Shown here piece after piece: positions 1-8,503 of a stretch of DNA of 62,293 nucleotides. A program made the position numbers and the translations under genes. The stretch is taken from the NCBI GenBank assembly GCA_043759945.1, contig JAYUPS010000333.1:1-62293 (forward strand), in the 5' to 3' direction. Under the pieces are notes generated by a model. That model searched no databases, was not told the origin of the DNA, and was given only the letters and a program-made list of their open reading frames with translations. The stretch comes from Bdellovibrio sp. (GTDB lineage Bacteria > Bdellovibrionota > Bdellovibrionia > Bdellovibrionales > Bdellovibrionaceae). Within the stretch, counting starts at the first letter, position 1. Each line of letters opens with the position of its first letter.

Positions 1-103
1 GCGTTGGCGTCGGCGTTGGTGTCGGCGACGGCACCGGTGTCGGCGTTGGCGTCGGCGTTGGTGTCGGCGTCGGAGTTGGCGTCGGATTTGGCGTCGGAGT
101 TGG
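1..103 (-). repeat. coding hexanucleotide repeat (GGCGTC/GGTGTC/GGCGTT variants) encoding a Pro-Thr linker
   Basis: The plus strand reads gcgttggcgtcggcgttggtgtcggc... The reverse frame gives [26 protein letters not shown]. It is continuous with the metalloprotease frame. Confidence 0.85.
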
Positions 104-907
104 TAATGGACTGACGGATCCGCCGCCCGGGAACCAGCAACCGGCGCGATTGTTCACGGGCTGCACGCAGACCGTCGACATTTGGTCGGGATTGATGTTG
201 CAAAGAGCTCCGCGCAAAAATGTGTCCAGCCGACACTGATAAGACGCGTAGCCTTCGATGACCGTATTGGCTTTAGAGATATCGGGAGTGTCCAGAGCCG
301 CCGCTTTGCCTCCGCCGTTCAATGCACGACCTAGCTCCGCGACGGATTCTCCGGCCATCACGCTACGAACGCAAAGATCCAGATCCGCTGTCCCCGTCCA
401 AGTTGCCGTGCAGGCCTGTCGGGCTTTGGGATTTTCATTAGAAACTTTGTTATTTCGACCGTTCCAAAGTTTTCTCAGGCACTTGGCGGTCGAAAAGTAA
501 TCGGCCTGACCCTCTACCGAGGACCAAATTCCGGCGTACCGCGGGTCACCTGCCAAATGGTGGCCGACCTCGTGACAAGCTACTAGAGCCAAAGCATCTG
601 CCGTGATTGCGGGGTGACGGGCTAAACCCCCGTACATGAAAACCTGCCAGGTGGCGCCGACGCGAGCGGATTTCGAGTTAACGGTCCCGTCAAACCAATC
701 GTTGATAAACTGCAGTCGACCCCCCGCTTGGGCAACCACGGGAGTGTACAAGGTTTCGACTTCTTTTAAGATTTGATTGAATTGCTCTTCGGTCAGGCTG
801 GCATTGGAGACCTTGGGGATGTTTACGTCGACCCATAGAACATTGGCCGGAAACGATCCATGAGCGCCCAAAATCACTAAGCCTATATTGATAAAAGCGC
901 GCAACAT
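1..907 (-). CDS. secreted zinc metalloprotease (HExxH) with C-terminal Pro-Thr repeat linker; 3' end runs off the window
   Basis: Absent from the ORF track because there is no stop inside the window. The reverse frame from ATG (907-905) stays open to position 2. Translation starts [23 protein letters not shown] (signal-like). The HEVGHH zinc motif is encoded at 557-574. A Cys-rich middle is followed by a (PT)n tail. Confidence 0.7.
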   Translation of the reverse strand, partial: MLRAFINIGLVILGAHGSFPANVLWVDVNIPKVSNASLTEEQFNQILKEVETLYTPVVAQAGGRLQFINDWFDGTVNSKSARVGATWQVFMYGGLARHPAITADALALVACHEVGHHLAGDPRYAGIWSSVEGQADYFSTAKCLRKLWNGRNNKVSNENPKARQACTATWTGTADLDLCVRSVMAGESVAELGRALNGGGKAAALDTPDISKANTVIEGYASYQCRLDTFLRGALCNINPDQMSTVCVQPVNNRAGCWFPGGGSVSPLPTPTPNPTPTPTPTPTPTPTPTPVPSPTPTPTPT

Positions 908-1185
908 GAGGTAACCCCTGATCTGGGCCCATGCTTACCTGCTTCAAAGTCCTACACGCAACCGGAAAGTTAAGAAAATCACACCACAAAAGGCTAAAAA
1001 GGCTCTAGGAAAGCTATATGAAAACTGGGCCGCAAAAATTGTCTTACTTTTAGACGCCTTGAGAAGACTTTTCCAAGCACCAACATTCAAAAATAGAAAT
1101 TCTAAACCTCTGTTAAATTAACTCACGCGGATGTTTTAACAGCGGTCTGAACAATTAAATAGCTTGTGATTTGGCGGAGGCCTTT

Positions 1186-1872
1186 GTGTTTATCGGAAAT
1201 AAAAATTTAATTGGTTGTATCATTTTGCTCGGATTCTTTTCGACCGGATGTAATAAAAATGATTCCGGCCCTGCGCAAACCCCTGCTTCCCAAGTGGTAG
1301 TGCCGGTACAATCTGAACCTATACCGGACCCGTCGGAGCAGCCTCCGGTTCAGGTCGACAATAATCCTCCCCAACAAGTCGGCTGCTCAGCCGATGCAGA
1401 TCTCAGCACGGTTTGTATCAAAAAGCTGATTAGCTCATCGTCACCAAGAATGACAATGTGGACCAACAACGGCGGCTTCTCTAAATCCGCCAAAGGTCCC
1501 TGGAAAATGAGTCAAATGTTTGAAGTCCGAAGGGACAAAAGTTTACGAAAAATGAAAGGGATTAATCGCGACGGCAGCCAGGCCGGTCCCTTGCTTGTAT
1601 GGAATGACTATGCCGAATTCCAGGATTGGGGAGACGAAGGTCAAACTTACAAAGCTTACGATATCTTCCAAACTCCCGAAGGCGCCGTGCGCTTCGAGTT
1701 AGAACGCATTACCTTGTTTAGCTATGACAATTTGATACTTGAATGTTTTATTCCCTCGGGAATGGAAGGCAAAAAGCTTCTGTGTGTTTGGTATCGCTTT
1801 GATTACCACACTCACCGGGATGTCTTTCGCGGCTACATTGAATTTGATCGTGCCAAAAAACATCGACATTAG
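1186..1872 (+). CDS. hypothetical lipoprotein
   Basis: ORF 1171..1872. GTG at 1186 follows GGAGG by about 5 nt. The N-terminus IILLGFFSTGC has a lipobox-like Cys and is followed by a Pro/Gln-rich linker. Confidence 0.6.
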   Translation: MFIGNKNLIGCIILLGFFSTGCNKNDSGPAQTPASQVVVPVQSEPIPDPSEQPPVQVDNNPPQQVGCSADADLSTVCIKKLISSSSPRMTMWTNNGGFSKSAKGPWKMSQMFEVRRDKSLRKMKGINRDGSQAGPLLVWNDYAEFQDWGDEGQTYKAYDIFQTPEGAVRFELERITLFSYDNLILECFIPSGMEGKKLLCVWYRFDYHTHRDVFRGYIEFDRAKKHRH

Positions 1873-1899
1873 ACTGACACTTTAAAAAACAAATCCATT

Positions 1900-2235
1900 T
1901 TAGCAGCAGTTGTCCTGACGAAGCTGGGCCATTTTCTGGGTCCAGCCAGTAAGCTGTTTTTGATACTGGACAAAAACTTTCCAGTCCATGCAATACCGCG
2001 ATCGCGGGCCATCCACGGTGCCTTTAATAATTCCCAGTTCCCGAAGAGCCTTAAGATGCTGACTGACTGTGGACTGTGCCAAGGGAAGATCCAAAACCAA
2101 TTCTCCGCAAAGACAGTCTTTACTTTCTGCAAGTTTCGTTAAAATTGCAATGCGTGCCGGGTGAGCCAATGCTTTTGCAAAATCGGCCACGCGGACCTCT
2201 TTGCTTTCAAATTCTTCTGTTCTTGCCACCGCCAT
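1900..2235 (-). CDS. arsR: ArsR/SmtB family transcriptional repressor
   Basis: 111 aa. The winged-HTH signature is LAHPARIAILTKL...CLCGELV...LAQSTVSQHLKALRELGII. The gene is divergent from arsC. Confidence 0.85.
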   Translation of the reverse strand: MAVARTEEFESKEVRVADFAKALAHPARIAILTKLAESKDCLCGELVLDLPLAQSTVSQHLKALRELGIIKGTVDGPRSRYCMDWKVFVQYQKQLTGWTQKMAQLRQDNCC

Positions 2236-2247
2236 GCCGAATGTTAT

Positions 2248-2263
2248 ATCGTATTCATACGAT
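2248..2263. promoter_or_regulatory. 16-bp perfect palindrome ATCGTATTCATACGAT in the arsR/arsC divergent intergenic region; candidate ArsR operator
   Basis: 7-bp arms ATCGTAT / ATACGAT with a 2-nt spacer, inside the 43-bp gap between arsR (start 2235) and arsC (start 2279). The arsC SD AAGGAG lies just downstream. Confidence 0.55.
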
Positions 2264-2278
2264 TAATCAAGGAGCTTT

Positions 2279-2695
2279 ATGAACATTCTTTTTATGTGCG
2301 TCGCAAATTCTGCTCGCAGCCAGCTCGCCGAGGGTTTGGCAAAACAAGTTTTTCCCGAAGACCAGATTGAAAGTGCCGGTTCGCATCCGACCGTGGTCAA
2401 TCCCTACGCCATCGAAGTCTTATCCGAAGTCGGCATCGACATTTCAAAAAATCATTCCAAGTTTTACGACGACCACACGCCAAAATTTTTAGCGGGTTTG
2501 GATTACGTCATTACTTTGTGCGCCGAAGAAGTCTGTCCCACGATCCCGACCCGCGCTAAGAAACTGCATTGGCCCTTCCCGGACCCAGCAAGCAAGGAGC
2601 CCTTGACCAAAGAAGAATCCTTAAAACGTTTTCGTCACACCCGCGACGGAATCTTGCAGCAGTTGAAAAAATTTAAAATCGAGCTGGGACAATGA
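2279..2695 (+). CDS. arsC: arsenate reductase, low-molecular-weight phosphatase (thioredoxin-coupled) type
   Basis: MNILFMCVANSARSQ contains the CX5R(S) P-loop. A downstream Cys pair lies in TLCAEEVCP. The stop overlaps the next start (ATGA at 2692-2695). Confidence 0.85.
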   Translation: MNILFMCVANSARSQLAEGLAKQVFPEDQIESAGSHPTVVNPYAIEVLSEVGIDISKNHSKFYDDHTPKFLAGLDYVITLCAEEVCPTIPTRAKKLHWPFPDPASKEPLTKEESLKRFRHTRDGILQQLKKFKIELGQ

Positions 2696-3366
2696 CGGAC
2701 CCCAAAAAACTACTTGCCGAATTTCTAGGAACTTCTGGACTGATTGTTGTCGTAGTGGGCTCCGGAATCATGGGTCAAAGTTTGTCGGGAAATAATGCCG
2801 GGCAGGCACTACTGGCAAACTCGGTGGCGACAGGGGCCGGACTTTTTGCCTTGATTAAATGTTTTGGGTCAATATCGGGGGCTCACTTTAACCCGGTGGT
2901 AAGCCTGATCACGTATCTGTCTAAAAATCTGACTCTCAAAGAATTTTTGCAGTACACCCTGGTGCAAATTCTTGGGGCCCTTGTCGGAGTCTTTGTGACT
3001 CATCTCATGTTTGGCCAACAGGTCTTTCAGTTAGCGACCCAAAATCGCGGGGAATTTCGTTTCTTTCTTTCCGAAGTGATCGCAACCTTTGGTTTAATAT
3101 TGGTCATTGCACTCTCCGGTAAGAAAAATGTGGAAGCCACACCGGCCGCGGTTTCGCTCTACATCGTGGCGGCTTACTGGTGCACTTCGTCCACTTCGTT
3201 TGCAAATCCCGCCGTCACCATCGCGCGCAGTTTGACAGACACATTTTCCGGTATCTTATGGACCGGCTCGCCGGGATTTATTTTCGCGCAGGTTCTAGGA
3301 ACCTTGCTCGCTGGGGCAACCTTAAAATATTTGAGCAGCAAAAGAGAACTCGTCAAAGAGTTTTAG
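2692..3366 (+). CDS. MIP-family aquaglyceroporin (AqpS-like candidate arsenite channel)
   Basis: 224 aa and hydrophobic. It has two NPx boxes, GAHFNPVVSL and FANPAVTIARS. It is translationally coupled to arsC. Confidence 0.8.
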   Translation: MTDPKKLLAEFLGTSGLIVVVVGSGIMGQSLSGNNAGQALLANSVATGAGLFALIKCFGSISGAHFNPVVSLITYLSKNLTLKEFLQYTLVQILGALVGVFVTHLMFGQQVFQLATQNRGEFRFFLSEVIATFGLILVIALSGKKNVEATPAAVSLYIVAAYWCTSSTSFANPAVTIARSLTDTFSGILWTGSPGFIFAQVLGTLLAGATLKYLSSKRELVKEF

Positions 3367-3889
3367 TCGCATTCAGTTTTGTCAATTGCAATAATACTGA
3401 ATGACCTTTGACTTCGACATTCAGTTGTCCGTCTTGCACCAACAAAGACCAACGATTATTTTTCTCGATTTGTTTTTCTAGCTCCAATAGAAAAACAGGA
3501 TCAAACCAATAAATTTCGATTTCGCCGGCCCGGTGAACGTCGTTTGAGATCATGTCGTTCATTAAGACCTGCGCACTTTTGTAGGTGTAAATCACGACTT
3601 GACGGGCGGCCTTGCTGACGCGATGAATTTTTCTGGCCGTCGGATTTCCGATTTCGATCCAAAGATCGACTCCTCCGTTGGAACCCATAATCTGGATTGC
3701 GGGCCCCTCGGGATCGCCCAAGCCCTTCGCGTTGAACTCCAAGCCCTGCTTGTAACTTAAGGCGTAAGCCAATGTTCGAGTTAGCAAATAGGGAATCGAC
3801 TCCGACGGATGCTGTGCCACCCGAAAATCCAAGGACTCGTAAATTCCCTGATCAATGTTGGAAAGTTCAATTTGAAAGCGGTAGAGCAT
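3353..3889 (-). CDS. yaeQ: YaeQ family protein
   Basis: 178 aa. MLYRFQIELSNID...FRVAQHPSESIPYLLTRTLAYAL matches my recollection of the YaeQ N-terminal pattern (ARHPSET...R.LA.AL). Confidence 0.7.
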   Translation of the reverse strand: MLYRFQIELSNIDQGIYESLDFRVAQHPSESIPYLLTRTLAYALSYKQGLEFNAKGLGDPEGPAIQIMGSNGGVDLWIEIGNPTARKIHRVSKAARQVVIYTYKSAQVLMNDMISNDVHRAGEIEIYWFDPVFLLELEKQIEKNNRWSLLVQDGQLNVEVKGHSVLLQLTKLNATKTL

Positions 3890-4140
3890 CCTGGGGTCGT
3901 AGCTAACTTCAAAGTTTTTGTAAAGCCCTGTCGAACTGTCGATCAGTTCAATGTCCGCGAATAGACTGCAAAAGCGGCCAATGAGACAAGGAGAGCGAAT
4001 AAAATTCCGACAATTTATTCAAAATTTGGAACCGCGAAATCTTCGCTCGCTGTGTTTGGGCACAGGCCCCTAAATTGCTCACTTCAGACCTGTGCGGGAT
4101 TCCTGAACTTCACAGACGTTCCGCTCGGAGGTTAAAAGCG

Positions 4141-5085
4141 ATGGCTCTATTTCCCTTAAAACAGACGGGTTCAAGTTTAAGTATCGCCGAGAAAGCCGAG
4201 CGACTGAATTTCCGGGACCTGCCCATCGGTCAAGACCAAGTCGAGAATTTTTTCCGCGAAAACTTATCAAAGCTTTTGGCTTCGGAAAACAACTTTATGA
4301 TTCTTGGGAGCCAACCGCTGCTGAGGAAACAATCTTATTTTAATATGACGGCGATCGACACCAAGGGTGACTTAGTCCAAATCCATATTCGGCACGGTAG
4401 TGATCCTACGGAATTAAATGAGTCCTTTGAAGCCAATGTAATTCAAGCGGCTGCAGTACTAAGTCAGATCCGTACAATTCAAGAACTAATTGGAAGCGTG
4501 GTCGTAAAGCAAATCGAAGATCTGCATCAATTTATAAACCACAATAAACTGATACAAAATTTTAATACCCGTCAGCGCATTGTCCTGATCGCGCCCCACT
4601 TTGAAGAACGCAGTCTGCAAACCTTGAATTGGCTTTCAAAAAATGGAATTGAACTTTCCTGTTATGAATTGAGCCCCATAAAAATAGGGAACAGCTTTGC
4701 CCTGGACTTGGAAAAGATTTTACCCACCGAGAAAGACCGCGATAATTTTACGGTACCGACCACAGTGCCCATTCCGACGACCGGACGACTCCCCCCGATG
4801 TTTCCAAACATGCAAAAACTTTTAGATTGGAAAATAATAAACTCGGGCGACCGTTTGAACATTCGTGACTTCGCAGATTCGGACGCCATCGTCGTGGATC
4901 ACAAATACGTCATGTTCAAAGGCGAAATCATGCCTTTTGATGAATGGGGGCTTGCCGTCACGGGTTGGAAATCCATCAATATCTTTGATTGGGCTTTTCA
5001 CCAGACAAAACGAAACACCCTGTTTGAATTAAGAGCCTTCAAAATGACCGAAGTTGATAGTTACTGCAAGCCGACTTTTGACTGA
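4141..5085 (+). CDS. hypothetical protein; NucS/DUF91-like nuclease-fold N-terminal region with degenerate catalytic residues and a RAMA-like C-terminal domain (weak)
   Basis: ATG at 4141 is preceded by GGAGG about 10 nt upstream. The segment AIDTKGDLVQIHIRH sits where PD-(D/E)xK proteins have D...E.K. The C-terminus GDRLNIRD...AIVVDHKYVMFKGEIMPFDEWG...GWKSINIFDW resembles RAMA/DUF4357-type tails. Confidence 0.5.
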   Translation: MALFPLKQTGSSLSIAEKAERLNFRDLPIGQDQVENFFRENLSKLLASENNFMILGSQPLLRKQSYFNMTAIDTKGDLVQIHIRHGSDPTELNESFEANVIQAAAVLSQIRTIQELIGSVVVKQIEDLHQFINHNKLIQNFNTRQRIVLIAPHFEERSLQTLNWLSKNGIELSCYELSPIKIGNSFALDLEKILPTEKDRDNFTVPTTVPIPTTGRLPPMFPNMQKLLDWKIINSGDRLNIRDFADSDAIVVDHKYVMFKGEIMPFDEWGLAVTGWKSINIFDWAFHQTKRNTLFELRAFKMTEVDSYCKPTFD

Positions 5086-6293
5086 GCCGGCTTTCGATCT
5101 GCCACCAAAGTTCCCGCGGCTTCGACTTGGCAACTGGCCACGACCTCGGCATCGGATTTAATTTGGCGCGCCACCTGAGGGAATCGATTTTTTAAATCTC
5201 TGACAATCTTATCCGCCGGAGAAAAAAAGCTAGGGCTTCCGCCGCCGTCCGTGGGTCCTCCCCATAATAGACATAATAGACCTATCCATTTTCCCTGCTT
5301 GTCGTAGATCCCAGAACCTGAGTTTCCGGGTTCGCTGTAGGCGCTGCTGACCATCGAATCACCCAAGTAGCCATAAGGTCGAGATGAAACCACAGCTCCG
5401 ATTTGGGTTAGCTTTTTAACTCCACCGTTTCTTGAAAAATTATGAGTTGCGACTCGAATTGGTTCTCCGATTTGGGGACGTCGATCCGCGATTTCAACCG
5501 GAGGAAAATATTTTCCAATGCCCGGGCACTTTACGATTGCGTAATCCAATCGATCGCGCGGGTTTCTAGCCGCAATTCCTTTGCAACGAAAGGCCCGCTT
5601 GCTTTCTCCGGCACCTAAGCCGAAAACAGCCTTAAGTGAGCCATTTGATCTTTCCATGCAATGGCTGTTGGTAATAATGTAATCCATCGCGATCACTTCA
5701 CCATTGCAGGCGCCCTGCCCGATGGAAAGAGCACCGGCCGATTTTCCAACTTTTTTACCAGCGCCTTCATGATTAAAGCACTGGTTGAGCGTCGGCGATT
5801 TCACCTCATCGGCGACCGGAGCTTTTGCCACCGGAGTGGCCTGCGGAACTGTTGCAGGGATAGATTCAGTGATTGTTTCAGAGATTGATTCTGGCACCGG
5901 TGTATCGCCCACGTCCGTTGCAGGCTCCGCTACAACTTCAGGCTCCGAGAAAGATCCGGTATCAAATCCGTTATTTGGGGTAAACGGCGGACTGAAAGAG
6001 GATCCCCCAAAACTGGCTTGCTGTGCGAGCATCGAAAGAATGGCCATCGCAAACAAAGGCGTAAGTGCCGGAGCGATAGGAACGGGAGAACCGGAAACAG
6101 AGATTTGAGGCCCGACCAATACTTTTGCCGCTCCCGGCGCCGCCGGAATCTGGCTCATCGCTGAATCACTGGTGATTTTTCCCAGCTTGCGGCTGGGCTT
6201 GGCCATCGCACCGGCAACAGTCGAGCTTGCTTGCATTACGAAAATTAATGTCGTCAATAAAATGATGGATTTGCGTCGATGACAGGATCTCAT
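5061..6293 (-). CDS. secreted trypsin-like (S1/chymotrypsin-fold) serine protease with Pro/Ala/Thr-rich linker
   Basis: 410 aa. The signal peptide is ...IILLTTLIFVMQASSTVAGAMA. The candidate catalytic His is in YIITNSHC and the Ser in EPGNSGSGIYD. Confidence 0.75.
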   Translation of the reverse strand: MRSCHRRKSIILLTTLIFVMQASSTVAGAMAKPSRKLGKITSDSAMSQIPAAPGAAKVLVGPQISVSGSPVPIAPALTPLFAMAILSMLAQQASFGGSSFSPPFTPNNGFDTGSFSEPEVVAEPATDVGDTPVPESISETITESIPATVPQATPVAKAPVADEVKSPTLNQCFNHEGAGKKVGKSAGALSIGQGACNGEVIAMDYIITNSHCMERSNGSLKAVFGLGAGESKRAFRCKGIAARNPRDRLDYAIVKCPGIGKYFPPVEIADRRPQIGEPIRVATHNFSRNGGVKKLTQIGAVVSSRPYGYLGDSMVSSAYSEPGNSGSGIYDKQGKWIGLLCLLWGGPTDGGGSPSFFSPADKIVRDLKNRFPQVARQIKSDAEVVASCQVEAAGTLVADRKPAQSKVGLQ

Positions 6294-6635
6294 TCGTGAA
6301 CTCCCTGGGCGTGTCCGATACCTGTCCTTTTACAAAAGGCATGCCCGTGCCAACAGGATTTAAACTCGCTCAGCGCCTCAGATTGGGAATCTTCTCAACC
6401 TTTTAAATTGTCAAATACCAACACCAGTCAACTGCTTGGTCAGTCTTATCCCGCTAATTTCAGGCTGAAATGCGAAAGAAATAAGAAAACGCCTAATTAT
6501 TTTTTTTGGTGCCGGAAAAACGTTTCACCGTGAATCAGATAATTGAAGATTTCAAAATTTGACCTCATTTTCTCAACCCCTTGTTGAGCTTAGGTCCAGC
6601 TAGACCGAAAAGTAACCTGTCTGGATGGAGGCTTT

Positions 6636-7742
6636 TTGAATCTTCGAATCATTTCGGGACTGTTAATCCTAGCGGTTTTCGGATCGGGTTGTGCCGGTCC
6701 CGCGACACCATTTGGGTCCGTGAATTGGCCCAGCTCTACCGCCAATTTTTTTCCCGACATCGAAAAGGTTTCAAGCTCAGCTCCGGGATACAATTTGCGT
6801 TTTTTCCCGGAACGACAAATCTTGCACGGCACCAATGACCTGGATCTTGTTATCGAAGACGCAGACGGCGTACTCGAAAACCCAAAACTGCAAGTTTCCT
6901 ACAATGGCCGAGACGTCACAGATAGTTTTATTGGACGCGCCGACAAGAGCTACACCGACGCTTCCAAACGCCGACTTAAACTGTCGGTCAAAGACTTCCG
7001 CCTTCCTTTACTAAGAAACCACGATATCCATGCGACCTATTGGCCGTCGAAACGAACCAAACCCGTACAAATCAGTTTCAATCCCCCAGTTTGCTCGGCC
7101 TTTAGTTGGAAAGGGCGGCTTACCAAAGTATCCGGTTTTGACGTGGATGAAGCCCTTATCAACTCCATCACCCACCAATCGACAACGCAAAGATACAGTC
7201 CGTTCCTGATTGCAGGTTTAATCGCGCAGGAATCGGGCTTCGATTCCAAAGCAGTTAGTCGCAGCCGCGCACTTGGGTTAACGCAGGTAACTCCCATCGG
7301 CGAGGCAGAAATAATCGACTTGTACCAGCATTGGCCACGCTATCCCGGCATCTCGGACATGGGATTTTTCAGCCTGCGAAGCGCGCTGGCCAACGGCGAA
7401 ATAAATCCGACGAATGAATGGCGACTGGATCCTGATTTATCCGTTCGCGGCGGAGTTGAGTATCTTAAATATCTAAACGACTACTGGAGCCGACCGGATA
7501 AAATGGCTTACATCGAAAAACATTTCCAAGGCTCTGAATTTAAGCGAAGTGAGATTTTACTGGCCAGCTACAATTCGGGCGCCGCAAGGGTCAGCCAGGC
7601 CCTGGAAAGTGACGGCGAAGACTTCCTAAAAAACTCGGAATTGGGCGAAGCCCGCAAATATGTAAAGCGCATAACCAGTTATTGTGATTACTTTTCACAA
7701 ACGGCTCAAATGGATCCTAGTGATCTGGGAGATTTCAGATGA
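6636..7742 (+). CDS. lytic transglycosylase (SLT domain) lipoprotein
   Basis: TTG start after GGATGGAGG. Lipobox LAVFGSGC. SLT motifs are LIAQESGFDSKAVSRSRALGLTQVTP and ASYNSGAARV. Confidence 0.8.
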   Translation: MNLRIISGLLILAVFGSGCAGPATPFGSVNWPSSTANFFPDIEKVSSSAPGYNLRFFPERQILHGTNDLDLVIEDADGVLENPKLQVSYNGRDVTDSFIGRADKSYTDASKRRLKLSVKDFRLPLLRNHDIHATYWPSKRTKPVQISFNPPVCSAFSWKGRLTKVSGFDVDEALINSITHQSTTQRYSPFLIAGLIAQESGFDSKAVSRSRALGLTQVTPIGEAEIIDLYQHWPRYPGISDMGFFSLRSALANGEINPTNEWRLDPDLSVRGGVEYLKYLNDYWSRPDKMAYIEKHFQGSEFKRSEILLASYNSGAARVSQALESDGEDFLKNSELGEARKYVKRITSYCDYFSQTAQMDPSDLGDFR

Positions 7743-8503
7743 GAAGTCGACCCCTGGTTTTATTTTTCATGGCCGCAGCCTATTTACTAATCGCCGCTTC
7801 ATTTCCGGTGCAAATCTATTTCTTGTACGAGCACACCTTGTCGGAACTTCCGCAGGTACTATCGAAGCTTACCATCCTGAACTGGCTGGTGATTGCCGGC
7901 TTGAGTACGGGCTCAATTTTATTCTATCGAGGTTCCACGAAGATGGTTCCCGCCGCGATTGGAATTTCTTTTCTAGTTTTGGGCAACAATATCATTGTTG
8001 GCCTGTTCGGCGAAGACTTTAACATCTACCAGACAGTCTTGGCTTCGGGAGTGTTTGCCAGTTTACATTTATCGCTTCGCAATTCGGAAGTTCAAAAGTT
8101 AATCCAGCAGCCAGAATTGCGCTGGTGGCGAACGGCTTACCGACAGAAGCTAAAAATTCCAATCACGATGCGCACAAAAAATTATCACCAACTTATTTTT
8201 GATACCTTTGATATTTCGGATTCCGGAATTTTTGTCGCAGTTTCAAATCAGGAGATTGCCGGTTTATCCGGTTTGACCTTGAACGAATCCGTTGAACTGA
8301 CGATGAAGTTTGATTCCTTGAACCAGATTAAATGCCAAGCTCGTTTGGCCAGGATCTCGAAAGGCAGCGGAAAATATCCGTCCGGCTTGGGAATCGAATT
8401 CACAGATCTGAGCGACAAAGATCGCAAACGAATTCATCGCTTTAGGGCAAAGCTGCTGCCCGAAGCTACCCCGAATGCCACGGCGCTGTTTACGAATACC
8501 TAG
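7739..8503 (+). CDS. membrane protein with C-terminal PilZ (c-di-GMP binding) domain
   Basis: About 4 N-terminal TM helices. PilZ motifs are RWWRTAYR (RxxxR) and DISDSGIFV (DxSxxG). There is a 4-nt overlap with the upstream gene. Confidence 0.75.
   Translation: MRSRPLVLFFMAAAYLLIAASFPVQIYFLYEHTLSELPQVLSKLTILNWLVIAGLSTGSILFYRGSTKMVPAAIGISFLVLGNNIIVGLFGEDFNIYQTVLASGVFASLHLSLRNSEVQKLIQQPELRWWRTAYRQKLKIPITMRTKNYHQLIFDTFDISDSGIFVAVSNQEIAGLSGLTLNESVELTMKFDSLNQIKCQARLARISKGSGKYPSGLGIEFTDLSDKDRKRIHRFRAKLLPEATPNATALFTNT

Noticed and set aside
258-989. Track ORFs 258..500 (+) and 690..989 (-)
   Set aside because: Both lie inside, or out of frame with, the long minus-strand metalloprotease frame (2-907), which has a signal peptide and an HEVGH motif. 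Their translations are Arg/Ser/Pro-rich with no motifs.
5661-6108. Plus-strand ORFs antisense to the trypsin-like protease
   Set aside because: They are shadow ORFs within a well-supported minus-strand gene. The composition is low-complexity and no start signals are present.
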